Below the pieces are notes generated by a model. That model made no database searches and was not told where the DNA came from. It saw only the letters and a program-made list of their open reading frames with translations. From the NCBI GenBank assembly GCA_028534125.1, contig CM052816.1, positions 78,680,001 through 78,744,000 on the forward strand: DNA of 64,000 nt. Reading direction: 5' to 3'. Shown in pieces: positions 38,089 to 51,340 of this stretch. The DNA comes from Lama glama. Its lineage: Eukaryota. Within the stretch, counting starts at the first letter, position 1, and each line of letters opens with the position of its first letter. Made by a program: the position numbers and the translations under genes.

Positions 38089-39727
38089 GGGATATCTTTC
38101 TTTTTAACATACAACAAGCTGCAAAGAGGCCAGAGCCCTGCCTTCCAAACTTGATCTTGTCAACTAACAGAAGTTAGGATGGTGTTTTTTTCTTGGGGAA
38201 GTCTAGAAATAGGAATTTAAACCAACAGTCCATTTTTCCATTAGAAATAATGAAAGAGAATCTTTTACCTTTGAGCCAGTCAGATGAATGCTTTCAGTTA
38301 GGATGGGCTCGTGACTTTTATGATTCAACATACATAAGGAATCTAATACCGGAACTGTGCAGTTAGGACTGTTCATTGTATGTAGCAAAAAAACTGTATT
38401 TGCGGCGTTTTTGTTTTCATATTTTTTTTCTTCTATTGAATTCTTAGTACCTCTTGAAGCACAAGTCATTAATGCAGTTAAGAGTCAAGAGATCAAATCC
38501 TGGATTTTAATCCGTTGAGTCTTTTCACAATGTCTGCGGTTGAAAGGAAAAAACAGAGAGAATTGCTCTCTCTAAAGACCAGTCAGGGGGCCTGCTCCCA
38601 CCTAAGAAGTCCCTTCCCAGCCCCTCCCCTGTGAGGCTGCACTCTTTGAATGTGGATTTTGACTATCTGTACATGTGAGAAGTTGGTATCAGTAGTTCAG
38701 TGTCACAAGAAAGACAAGGGATTTATTCTATAAGAACGCTGTGATGTGAACAAAGCCCACTGAAGCCATAAATACCTTCCACAGGTGACCACAGGCTGTA
38801 AAAGCCAAACTCCAACTCACAGAGGAGGAGACTGTGAGGTGTGGTACAGAAGGCATTGGGAGGTTGTCCAAAGATCTGATTAACTAGAGGGCAAAAATGG
38901 TAGAGATAATTTAAGGGCTGTGTTCCAACTTCTGTTAGTAAAAAAGGTTTGAGACAAGTCTCAAATTTTTCCTGAAAAGTTCCCCAGTTAAATTCCTGAA
39001 ACCTGAGTTTGTTGCTCAGAGTGGCATAGTTCTGACTATAGGTAAAACAGTCAAACATACAAGTCTTAAAATTTTTCCTTTTGACATTGAGACAGTGCAA
39101 TCATTAAAAAAAAAAATGGTGGAAAGGTATTTGGCAGAAAAATACAATTTCTTGCACATCTATATGCTTGACCCTCAAAAAAAAAATAGAGCCAAATGGT
39201 AAGTTTAATGCTAATTAACACTTAATTAAAAGAACGTTCTAAGTAATCACTTAAAAATCAGACTAGAACGCTCACTACAAAGTCACAATGCCCAGAGTCC
39301 ATTTTAGCCTCCTGCACATGAAGGTTGGGATAAATCAAAAACAAGAAACAAAAAAGCCATGAAGTTATTGTGATAAGTTGAGAGAAAAGAAACTGCTCTC
39401 TTTTAAAGTATACTAGTTGTTGCAACTCCTGCTTTTTCTCAAAAACTGATTTCAGTTGTAAAAATAAAGTAAAATGGATGATTGGAGTCTGGATATTTAA
39501 GGAAATAGCTTTTCAGTCAAAATTTGACCCAAATCTGCCTTTTTCTAGTGTTGACAAAGATCTCTTTCCATAAAAGAATCACGGATTCTATCTTAACTTT
39601 TATAGGTACTCTGTGGTGTAACTAGACCAATGGGTAGATTGGCAGGAATAATGCGCTAAAGTAAAATTGATTAAATTTCTTTGATGCATTATTTTATTTT
39701 GTTTTCACTTTTTAAAATTACATTTTT

Positions 39728-39879
39728 GGTTTTTTTGGGGGGGAGTAATTATGTTATGTTATGTTATGTTATGTTATGTTATGTTATATTATTTATTTAA
39801 CGGAGGTACCTGGGATTGAACCCAGGACCTTGTGCATGCCAAGCATGGGCTCCACCACTGAGCTGCCCTCCCCTGCCCC
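39728..39879 (-). mobile_element. Vic-1-like SINE with an internal (ATGTT)n microsatellite, inserted in the tail of the next SINE
   Basis: ggattgaacccaggaccttgtgcatgccaagcatgggctccaccactgagctgccctcccc; TSD tacattttt at 39719-39727 and 39880-39888. Confidence 0.85.
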
Positions 39880-39888
39880 TACATTTTT

Positions 39889-40019
39889 TTTTCCGAACTT
39901 TTTTTTTGTTGGAGGAGGTAATTAGATTTTTTAAATCATTTTTTAATGGAGCTACTGGGAATTGAACCCAGTGTGCAATCTAGGTACACGCTCTACCACT
40001 GAGCTATAGCCTTCCCTCC
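39889..40019 (-). mobile_element. Older Vic-1-like SINE
   Basis: ggaattgaacccag...ctctaccactgagctatagccttccc; outer TSD tctttgatgcatt (39678-39690) / tctttaatacatt (40020-40032). Confidence 0.85.
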
Positions 40020-43009
40020 TCTTTAATACATTTGATCTTTCTCCCTCTTTGTCTTTTCTGAGCAAAGTTTGGAATCATTCTGAATGCCAAATGAAATAGT
40101 CTACTTAGCAAAAGATATATTTGAATTTGAGTGTATCGAGATTGAATGTCAAAAATGAACATTTATTTGGAAGGATTAAGTATTCTTTGTTCCAGAGAAA
40201 TTCACGGCAGCTAATTTTGCCTTTTGTGTATTGAAAATAATCATTTTATTCAAATCCTCTTAATAAATTGCATTATGACTGGCATGTGGCTGAAAATAGG
40301 AATTGGTTACCAGTGAGTGTTAGCTGAATACTCACAGGACTCAAAGTATTAAGCAGAAAATGGTCAAATTAGATTCTTACTTGAAACTGCAAAAAGAACT
40401 GCATATTTCAAATAGAGTAATTAAAGAAGACAAGTAAAAACCTAAAAATCAGTTATGCAGAATCATGAAGATTTCTCTGCCTCTCTTGTGTGTCAGCATG
40501 AGGTGGGCAAAGTCTAATGCCATTACAACTCTCACAAATACGTATTTCATAATGATATGTTGTCATACGGAACCTATATTTCATTAGAATGGATACATTT
40601 TGGCTAGTGACACCAGGACTGTGGACAGAAATGATTTCAACGAGAAGCATCCCATGGGACCAATTCAACCCCTGACCCTTACATCCTAATAGCACAAGGA
40701 ATATGGGTGGATGTAATTTACTCTTAAATTCCTGCCCACGCCTCTGCTTCCTTCACATAGCACATCTGTACTTTACCGAGGCCGGAATTTTCTTGTACCT
40801 CCAAATTTGCAAGGAATATTGTTTTTTCTCAAAAATATTCTATTCTTTGAGCATTATTTCTGAGTATTCCTGAAATAGAAATACTAAAATAGGAGGTTTT
40901 CAAAGACTGAGGAACCACTAGGAATTTTCTCCTTAAAGAGACCACAAATAGGATACCACAAATTGTTTTCCTTCTACCACCCCACTCCCATTTCCCAGCA
41001 AGGAGGTTAAATTGTCATTGTCAACATGCACAGAGTTGCACAGCACCGTGCCAGGGTGGCACCGATGGGGGAGCATGACTGCAAAGCTTAATCAGAGCGG
41101 AGACGCGCTGTCTCCCTTCATGCAGCTTGCACTTGGGGAGGACACTCTGGCCCGGAGCCACCCAAAGCAAATCCCAGGGCTGGCGGATTCAAGCGGACAC
41201 ACAGACCAGAGCGTGGTTTGTCCAGCCACGGGGCGCAGACATGACTGAACAATGCTTAACATTTAGATTTCCAAAAAGCTTGGGATATTTTGTTTATTTT
41301 TTGAGGGTTTTAATCTTATGCCCCTTGTGTGGCTTTCGACAAAGAAAAGGATAATCTGAAACAGCAAAACAAACAGAGGAAACCAATCGTTAGGGGGAAA
41401 AAAGCCAGCCTTTGTTATCAGGGATAGTCCATGTAATACTCTATCAGCGTTCTTTAAACTTCCAGACTTCCCTTGGTCAGAGCAATAATCCATCCTGTCT
41501 CTGGCAGCAGCACCAGTGCCGCCATTCTTGACACCAACTTCAAAAGACCCAACCATCTTTAGTTTTCCCTCGACAATGTAGTTGTGTTTCTTTATAGAGT
41601 GGTCAGTGGCTTAAATTTCACCCACAGCAAAAAGTCTTGGGGGTGTACTGTAATGTACACAGAGGATTGACTTGTAATTAGCCTGTAAATTATTTATATG
41701 TCTGTAAGAGGATGTCACCATCAATGCAAGAAGTTGCTTGGGCTATTAACCTTATTCAGGTGTAAAAATTAGCAATAATCAGTATCACAACGAACTAGCT
41801 CATCAAGCAGAAGTAAAACTCACTGCTGGGAATTCAAGAAATGAGATGGAAGCTGAATGAAACAATCCCCAAATTACTGAGAATGGTCAGCCGGCGAGCT
41901 GCACTGTCTCACTAATGGGCAAAAGGCAGTAGAAGTCATTTGGCAAAGACATAGCTCAAGATTCGGATTTGAGTGCTTTAAAAAGGGGAATGTCCTAAAA
42001 GAATGGAATTTCAGGGGCTCTTCCTGAATGACCCGAGTGCAGATCACCTAAGGAAGCAAACACTTTCTTTCTGAGTTGAAAATAAGTGACTCAGAATCTT
42101 AGATCATAATGAAAAGAATTATAATGAATATGTAATTCAATGGTGCTGTAAAAGATCTGAACAGAACTTCAAAAATGGGTGCCATTCTGTAAATTAAGAT
42201 GTACCAGGCCACTGAAGGAGCCTATAAAACCCACTTCAAACCAGTCAGGTTTGTATCAGCACTCCAGGCTTAGCATCTACATTCCTTGGAGGAAATTCGA
42301 GTATGTAATCCAGAGGTCCTCTTGCTTCAGTTTGTCTCTTCCCCCACCCCCACCCCCACCCTCACCCCAACCACCTCCTCAGGGCAACCACAGGGGCCTC
42401 TGAGGAATGTCTCAATTTGGAGAGATTATCTGATCACTGCCCTCAAGACTTAACATTCTGGATAACGCAAGCATCTGTGCTACACATTTCCAAAAGTAAA
42501 GTGAAGGCACGAAGAGAAAGCTATCTGACACAAGCAGTGTGATGATGTCCTTTGAAAGCTATGTGTAAAACCCTAAGCTGTGGTAGAGTAGGTTAATAAG
42601 GAAGCAAGCATTGAGAATGCCCCTTTCCAAAGAACTGACATTAAAATGTTTCACCTACCTTATTTTTAAAATGCTTAACTGCGTTAAAGATTATATAACA
42701 TGAAATTTACCATCTTAAGCATTTTTAAATGTACAGTTCAGTAATGTTAAGTATTTTAAGCCTTTTTAAAAATTAAGCTGATTTTACCTCACTGTAATAA
42801 GAAATTAATGCATTATATTTTAATGTATGAAGTTATGGTTGAGTCTACATACATTTTGAAGGATTTCAATAATTATTTAAGTATAACCAAAGACTTAATA
42901 TTTGAATGTTACCTTTTTTGAAATGTAAAGTGCGCAATTACAATAGCCAGACACATATCTTATGATCTCAAAAGTTTTAGCTTAAACATACATCTTTTAC
43001 AGGTAAAAG

Positions 43010-43412
43010 CAAAAAAAAAAAAAAAAGTGTTGACGAGAATGTGGAGAAATTAGAACCCTCGTACACTGCTGATGGGGATGCGAAATAGTCCAGCTACTTT
43101 GGAAATCAGTCTGGCAGTTCTTCAAAAGGTTAAACAGAGTTACCATATGACCCAGCAATTCCATTTCAACGTATACACCCAAGAGAAATGAAAAAACACG
43201 TCACTGAAAGTTCATAGCAGTGTTATCCATAAGAGCACCCTCACACACTGTCAAAAAACTCAAATGTCCACCCACTAATGAACAGAGGAATAAAACATGA
43301 TATGTCCATACAATGACTCTGTGAATACACTAAAAGCCACTGAATTACACACTTAATATGAGTAAATTGTATGCATGTGAATTATTTTTCAATAAAGCTG
43401 TTAAAAATAAAT
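43010..43412 (+). mobile_element. L1 (L1MB-like) ORF2-end/3'UTR fragment
   Basis: aagtgttgacgagaatgtggagaaattagaaccctc...ttaccatatgacccagcaattcc...tcaataaagctgttaaaaa. Confidence 0.85.
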
Positions 43413-44119
43413 GCCATCTTGAAATAGGATAAACCAAAGTCAACCAATATCATGAAGTAATTTTAGGGACATCATATAAATAAAAGAACCCTTCTTTCTA
43501 TCGTAGAATAGATTTCTATTGTTCCAAGGAACAAGGGGAAGTTAGTGGTGGAGGGCAAGGTTTGGCAACAAGGATGTTTTTAGCAGTTGAAAGTCTGATG
43601 GGCATTTGCTATATATATATCTTTCACATATGGAAAATGTGCTTATGTGATGTATACAGTGCTTTTCAGGCACTTGACCTCCCTTGGTAGTTGTTAAGTT
43701 AGTGTTCAGATGTTTATTTAATGGGAACTATAGTGATGTCAGCCATGTTCCCACAGAACATCTGTTTTCTGCTACAATCAAGTAATGATGCCATTGCCCA
43801 ATTCCGAGGTTAAAAAAAAAAATGAATAAATTAAAGTCAATAGACTGAATTCTCTCAATTTAAAGACTTTTAATTATACGTTTTTCTTTAGCATTTCTTG
43901 CCTCTATTCATGTGAATGACAGCAGAAAAAGGGCTTAAAAACTATGAAATATTATACCTAAATGTTAGAAAATTTGAAATTGTCATCATGCTTAGATTTA
44001 ATAGCTTATACTGTTTATGGAAATATGCTCATAGTTTTGTTCTGGCATTGCCTAAGAGCCATATTTTCTCATAGTACATGTGTTTCTATGTCATACAGAA
44101 TTCAGTATGTAAACATTTT

Positions 44120-44238
44120 TTTTTTTGTGGGGGGAGGTAATTAGGTTTATTTCTTTTCAGAAAAGGTACTGGGGATGCAACCCAGGACCTCGTGCAGGCT
44201 AAGCATGCGCTCTACCCCTTCAGCTATACCCTCCCCCC
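44120..44238 (-). mobile_element. Vic-1-like SINE
   Basis: cccaggacctcgtgcaggctaagcatgcgctctaccccttcagctataccctcccc; perfect 14-bp TSD tatgtaaacatttt at 44106-44119 and 44241-44254. Confidence 0.9.
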
Positions 44239-45053
44239 AATATGTAAACATTTTCAATGTAGCCATAAAATGTTAGGCATTTCTAGTGTGTTATTCTTTT
44301 AAATGTTTAAGAAAGAGCTACTACATTAATGTCTGGCTCTAAGACTAACTTTGGGGTCCATGCCAAAGGAATGCTTTCAGATGTCATTAAACATGGGTCC
44401 CAAGATAAGACTACCAAATTCTATTCTAAAATTTAAAAATACAGCAAGATTCTAGTATAGAAGCTACTATACTATACAATGTTTGTTTTTTTCTTAAATA
44501 CTTAGTGTTTAGGTAAGACATGCTGATATTAAGGATTTTATGGTATGTACATTACAATTTAGGAAAATATCATGATATCCTTTTGGAAAAGTTAGCTTTA
44601 TTTGAAACTACAGCTTGGAGCACAAACCCCTTTGAGATCAATGCATTCAAATGACAGCTTAACTAGAAACAATCTAGTTGGGAAGCCTTAGAGTACAGAA
44701 ACAAGTTCAGGAAAAGTTGTAAATTAAAGAGTTACCAACAGTAGAGGCACCATCAGACTGCAGTACTTTTCACAGTTGGAGGGACTTTGGAAAAAAACAT
44801 ACATACAAAGCTATGCACGCATGTACACACACTCATATTGTGCTATAATGAAAAACTGTCCCCAGATTTCACCGCATCCATATTTTATTACACTATCTCC
44901 TACTAAAGACATATGTCCTGGCTGTCTGACAGTTGTGGTCATTAATACAAAGCACCGGTAGAGGAGATTGTACCATAAGTGGAAAGAAAGTAAAGAGCTT
45001 GGTTGGCAACACTTTTAAGTGACTGACAGCTCTTGGTGTGTATGGATGGATGT

Positions 45054-45078
45054 ATGTGTGTGTGTGTGTGTGTGTGTA
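45054..45078. repeat. (TG)n microsatellite (a second, interrupted tract at ~45264-45306)
   Basis: Seen directly. Confidence 0.9.
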
Positions 45079-48000
45079 TCGTAAGACATTAAAGAAACAT
45101 GAAACAGATTAAAATCATGTCAAAATATTGTACCTGTCTTCTGTGTTCTTTGCTTTTAGGAGTGTAATGAAATACTGGTATTTGCTTCAAAATAATCCAG
45201 TGGTGTGAAGGAGTGTAGGCGGGGAAGGGGATCCAGGGTCATTATAGATGAGACAAGATTGCATGTGTGTGTTTGTGTGTTTGTTTGTATGTGTGTGTGT
45301 GTGTGTTTTCTCCTAACAGTAGTGACAACTCCTCGTAATATGAATGTCATTTCAACAGGCTGGATCTAAGAGGCCCACAATCATTTTGCCATCTTCCTCT
45401 TCTTGTGAAACCCTTTCTAAATGATTAGCCAAGATCTTCTTCTGTCTTATTTGCTTGCCCCCACCATCACAGGGCTCAGGCACTGGTCACCCTTAATCCA
45501 GGGCCCTGTGAGAGGAAACCCCCTTAGTAAATAAGGGGAAGTTTCTTCCCTCTGAGGAAGAACACTGTTTAAAAAAGTAAATATAAAGATGGCAAAACCT
45601 ATTTCCCCATATGAGGAAATGGACATTTGAAAGCAGTGTTAACTGGTAATGTAGATGTTGATGGGTTAGCAAACCAAGAGCAGTCACAGGTGGTGCACTG
45701 GCTTCCAGCCTGGGGATCTGGGATTATTGCAAAGATCTTCCCCATGAAGAAGCTAAAAAGTTGTTTATCTTGCCTGGAGAAATGAATTGGCACAAGCATA
45801 AGACTTGGGAACCTAGATTCTACCCATATTCAAAATTGGCTGGATCATTCTGGCAGATCTATCTGTCCTTCAGCAGAGAATACCACTGATCCAAAGCCTT
45901 CTTTCTGCTCATCAAGACCTACTAACCATGGAAAAGAAGGAAGATGAGGTACTGTCCTCTGAAGACATACAATCCATGACATCGTCACAGAAAGCCTTGT
46001 CTGGCAGTAAAATCTTTCTCTCTCTCTCTCTTTCTCTCTCTCCCCATCATTCCCAAGGTGAACGGTTCTCCCAACAACAGTCCATTCAAATCAAAGTCAA
46101 TAGACTGGGTGACTGTGTACATCCTTAAGTACAAATCTCCAGTAAGAATTCATCAGAATTCATCATCGCTCTACTGAAACCCATAATCATATCAACAGAA
46201 GAAAAGCATCTCTTTCCAACACCTCCCACAGAGCTTTGAAAGAAATCAACAAGTTGGTAATATCATGGGGAAAAAAATTTTTTTTTTAGAGAGTAATTTA
46301 ATTTTAAAGGAAGCTTTAATCGTTTCTTTTTAGGTTTTTTCAAGAAACTTTCAAAAATGTCTTACAAACCAGAACTGATCAAAACCACAGGCTACCTTGA
46401 AGCTGTTGAAATTCACAGATAAGAATTCCCAACTCACAGAGGCTCAAGCCTTCTAGAAAGTTAAATCTCACACAAAGCCTTGAGCCTGGGGCTTCGGATC
46501 TTTCAAGAACTGCTCCATGTTTACCACAAAAATTTTTCCACAAACATTCAATTCTGAGGGGTTAGAATTGAACCATTCTGAGCCAGTAGTTTGTTGCAGC
46601 CGATACAATGGCTGACCCAACCCCAGATGATGTTAACAGAGGGTCTAGTCCTGGTGACTGTCCCTATCTGGTCATGTGACACCTGGAGCACTAGGGTCAG
46701 TTCTGAGAACACAGTGGGGTGTAGGGAAGGGCAGCCAGGTCAGTGAAGGGCCTAGAAGAGTTGGGTACATGAGAAGAATTGGGACAGAAATTCTAGGCTG
46801 TGCTCAGTTGCGCCCTCCTGAAACCATCTGAAGACCATCATCCTTTATTGCTCCATAAGGCACAATTAGGACCACTGGTGGGTAGACCACACAGGAGACA
46901 ACTTCAGCTCAACATCTAAGAATGAAACCTCCAGACCACAGTGATGGCCACCTTCCAGGGGTGCTGGAGGGGGTTCCCACTCTGGGTGCCAAGTTGCACA
47001 CAGTATTACCTCTACTGGCCTTCTAGCTCAGGGAGCCTCAGGTCTCTGTGCTCCCCTCCTGAAAGCTGAGTGGCTCTGCTCTGAAAGGGAAAGTTTCTGT
47101 GGCTGAAACTCTGTCAGGTGCTTCTCCTCCCTGGCTTCCCATCTGTGAGGCCACTTTCTCCAAGGTTACTTTTGTTGGAAACCTCATGGGGCCCCACCTC
47201 TGGCCCTTACCTCATTTAAGGGTGAGTCAAGTGTGAGGAAAACAACAAAAAACGCTGCTTCTTCCCTGCTAATAGAGTTGTTTCCTGACTAGGGAGCCTG
47301 AAAACTGGAGACTCAGGAAGGGGGATGGCCTGTTACTCATTCCCTACTTTGTCCCCCACTGGGCTCTTGCTCCCTGGGTCACTGATCCTCTGTGATACTA
47401 CAATCACAAATCTATCTCCCAACCAGACTTTGAACTCCTTGAGGTCATGGGCCTTATCTTCCTCATTTTGGTATCCTCAGGTCCTAGGAAAAGTGGCTGG
47501 TATGTAAAAAAAGAAACTCAACAGATGCTTATTGAACAAAATTGTCCGCAATGGAAAGATGGACATTTTCTCGGACGGCTAGACTTAAATGATTTTGTTC
47601 TTATTTTACTAAAACCCAAATCCACTAAAAAGAAATCAACAAAAAGCATTCCATTACCCAGCTTTCCTTTCTACACAACGCAAAGAAGCCAGGTGATCTC
47701 TCTAGCCCGCAGGTGGGTCTTCCCATTATCTCCGGCAAGCTCCCTCTCTAGATGGACATTATTTAGCCTCCCTTCCCATGTGTGGAAACAGATCTAGAGA
47801 GAAAATCAACCAAGGCCAGCCCGTTGGCTTTAGATGAGCTGGGCTGAAGCTTCTTTCTGGTTGGCTTGTTTCCAGGCCACCATGAAGTGTGTTCGCGTGT
47901 TGAGACAGAGACTCAGTTTGATTAGCCAGAGAGGCTCTGCTCACAGCGTGGAAGCAGCGTGTGGAATTTGCTGCCGCGTGGATTCCAGGGTGCCACACAC

Positions 48001-50929
48001 TGGAGCTGAGTTTCTCAGGAAAGACCGGGCGGTTGTATAACCAATGATAATATTTAGAATTAAATATGCAGCTGTGATAAGGTAATCACATCTCATGCTG
48101 CAGGGCAGAAACCAATCCCTTCCAGTGGAGAGGAAGGAATTCTCCCTGGCTCCCATGTTCCTTGATTAACTTCATGGTTTCTTTAATTTAGCCTTAATAG
48201 GAAAGTGATTGCTGCATGGATCACAGACAGATGAGACCCGTGGAATCTGGAGGCTTAGTTACCTGCCCCTGAACTGAAGCTCTTCTTGTTCTAGAATTTT
48301 CTATTTCTATGGTGTAGACCACCAGGACAGCTCTTACTGCTAATAGGTACCATTAATTGAGAGCACACTGTGTGCAACACGTAAAGCCTCTGAGCAGCCA
48401 CATGACATAGGTACGGACACTATTTTCACCTTCATTTTACAGGGAATAAAATGGAGGAAGGGCCAAAGAAACCCCTCCCCACCCGAGATACTTTTTTTCT
48501 TCTTCTATGAAATGTACATGCGAGGGCAAAGGGGAGAAATCTACAGTCCCTTTTCTTGTGCATAATGCCTGGAATATTTTAAGAAGGCCTCAGCTATACA
48601 CCAGGGCCATGGCAATGAGTAGTTCAAAATACTAAATTTTTCTTAAATGCTTTTGGCTTTCATTTTTGCAAGCCCTTAACAAACTCTTCACATGTCTAAG
48701 AATTAAGAATTGTCTAGTTCATTTTTTTGCCCTCTGGTGTTAAATAAGATGATAAAACTTTAGCTCATTCTTACTGTAACTGTCATGTCTCTGAAGCTTA
48801 GGGTCATACTGTGAGTTACAACATTGTCTTCTCTACTTTTATTTTCTCTGGTAAGAGAGCCCTTGCTGGTGAGTGTAGCTTGTTGGCTTCAACTATAGTC
48901 AAGCCCCACATCCCACTGAATTCATTGCCCTATAGATTGGAAGGAAGCTGCCTAAGAAGTATGACATGTCACAGACCTTGCCACATAGAGGAGGGGTTAT
49001 AGGCAGGTGGGTGGTTTTTTTTTCCCTGTTTAAAAAAAATTGTTTCATTTTGGCTACAAAAAATAGAGTTTTCCAAGGATGAATGGGTTCCAAAGATCTT
49101 TTGTCTTTGGAGATGTTTAGGCAGAAGCTGGACGATGACTTGGAAGGGATACTGCAGGGACAGTTGGACTAGATCAGGGTTCCCCCAGATGGGGTAAATT
49201 CAGTGGTATTTGTTTATTCTGGTGGTACAGAAACTCCCTCCATAATTAATATTATATCACATAATAAGAAAATCATTCCTTTCAATTCACTTTTAATCCC
49301 CTGTATCACAGGAAAGACAAAGTCTTATTTTGGTACTAATTTGCAACCTCCACGCACACACATTTTTTTTTTTTTTTTAACAATGAGAGTCAGGTCTCAG
49401 GCTCTCAGAAACTCTGGCCCTCAACAGTATCAATTCAGAATTTCATTATATTGTAAATTACCTTCCTCAAAAGAAAAATAAAAGGAAATTTCCATTTTCT
49501 GTAATGATTAGAGGCGCTGGCTTAAAGACCATCTTAAGTAAATGAGAATAGACGTGGTACACATATTACTTTGGGATGGAGATGCTATGAGTCGAAAAAT
49601 CAGACTTGGGGGTCATGTTCTTAAATCAATCAAACATCCTCTTTCTGAGTACAGAGGACCAGCCTTACTCCCTTACACTAGTTGGAACTGGAATTTGCTT
49701 ATGTATATTGTGTGATTTAAGGGATGTGGGGAACCCCCCCAACATTTCTCTCAGGGACTGTATCTTTCTGTTCACGTGTCCCTGTTCCTAGCTTGATATT
49801 TGACATGGAGCTCAAAAAATAGCTGTTAATGAATGAAACAAACGAGTGTTAAAAGAGAAATTTTATCCATTTTATAATCCCACCTCCAGCGTGCCCGCCG
49901 CTGGCCCAGACCCTGCTCTGCTTTTACTCTTCCTGTGGCCCCCCCCCACTTTCACTTACAAAATGCCCACCTCCACAGGGACTGTCAGAAATGACGCTTA
50001 CACTTCCCCCTTCTAGAAAACTGCAGACACGAAAAGTTTCCTTTCGAGGTAAGTGATTGAGGCAGAATGCACACTTACAGTAAGGAGAAAGCACTAGTTT
50101 CCTGAAAAGATTCTGAAAGAGGAGGTGATCGCTATGTCTACACAGAACAACCTGAAATAGAATTTAATTATTACGTCGTGGATTTAATCAGGGTAAATCA
50201 TTCAATCCAACTCATATTTCTGGCATGATGTATCTAGTTTGACCACCTATCTTGACCAAATCAACAGAAATTGGCGCCAACCCCCTGTTTTATTGTGTAG
50301 TATGCTGGCCCAGATGTATTCTTCTTATTCAAAACAAATAGGTACTTGAGTACAAATCTAGCCATTAGGCTTTTTCGCAGCTTCTCTCTGGCAGCTTCTG
50401 GAATGCTAGTACACACCAAAGATGTTTGGAAAGATTAAAATTTCAAATTTGGGAGGTGAACATGGCTTCCAGGGGCTGCAGAACCATAATTCACCAACAG
50501 GGATGTCTTAAGTATGAAAACCTAACTTAAATTTCTCAGACTTTAAAAATGATGAAATGCACAGAATCTTCTAAAACAAAACCTCAAATGCAAACAATGC
50601 AATAATTTCATGCATAGCAGTTTCTGTCTGCACAGACCCTGGGATTTTTGAACTTGGAGCGTTGCGGTTTTGTGTTCCTGACACAGGCAGAAAAGGACAG
50701 CACAACTGTGACCACAACATGGTTATACACAGAAGATGGAGAGGTTTTCCACCAACTATTAGCAGACAATGAATGTGGTGTTCAGTAGCTGATTCCACCT
50801 AGAGTTAAGCTTTGGCGTGGAACTGCCAACAGTGGAATACGCAACACAGGAAACCCAGCAGTAGCCCAATGGCTGCACAAGTTTATCAGTGCATTTCTTA
50901 GTGTTAATAGCACTGACACTGAATCCTGA

Positions 50930-51340
50930 GTTCCAATATTGGTAGCCCAAAGGGTTGGACTGAGCCTACAGATGTGCTTAGCTTGGCTTGCACTATTCTT
51001 GTTCTGTTAATGATACCAACATTTAAAAATCTAGAGGTTCTTAGACATTTCTAGATTTCTGGATTCTCTTGAGAAATTGGGAGACGTGCCCCTTGTTGGC
51101 ACATGGCAACAATGGGCTGGAGCTGGTAGTTTTCAGGTCCCTATTGCCTCCTGCCTCCCTTTGTCTACATTATTCTGCAGCAAGTCACTTTCCATTATCA
51201 TCACACTTGTCCCTGTTACTTCTCTTGTCAAAGAAAAATATTTCTCTGTATTCATGATTCTGTTACGTAGGAAAACAAAAAGGGCAGCTTCATATATATA
51301 CATGTCACCTGCTTGGCCACTGGGTGAAATTTGGTTTGCT
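50930..51340. mobile_element. MER102/Charlie8-like hAT DNA transposon remnant
   Basis: agatttctggattctcttgagaaattgggaga...catggcaacaatgggctggagctg...atatttctctgta matches the recalled MER102 consensus. Confidence 0.65.
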
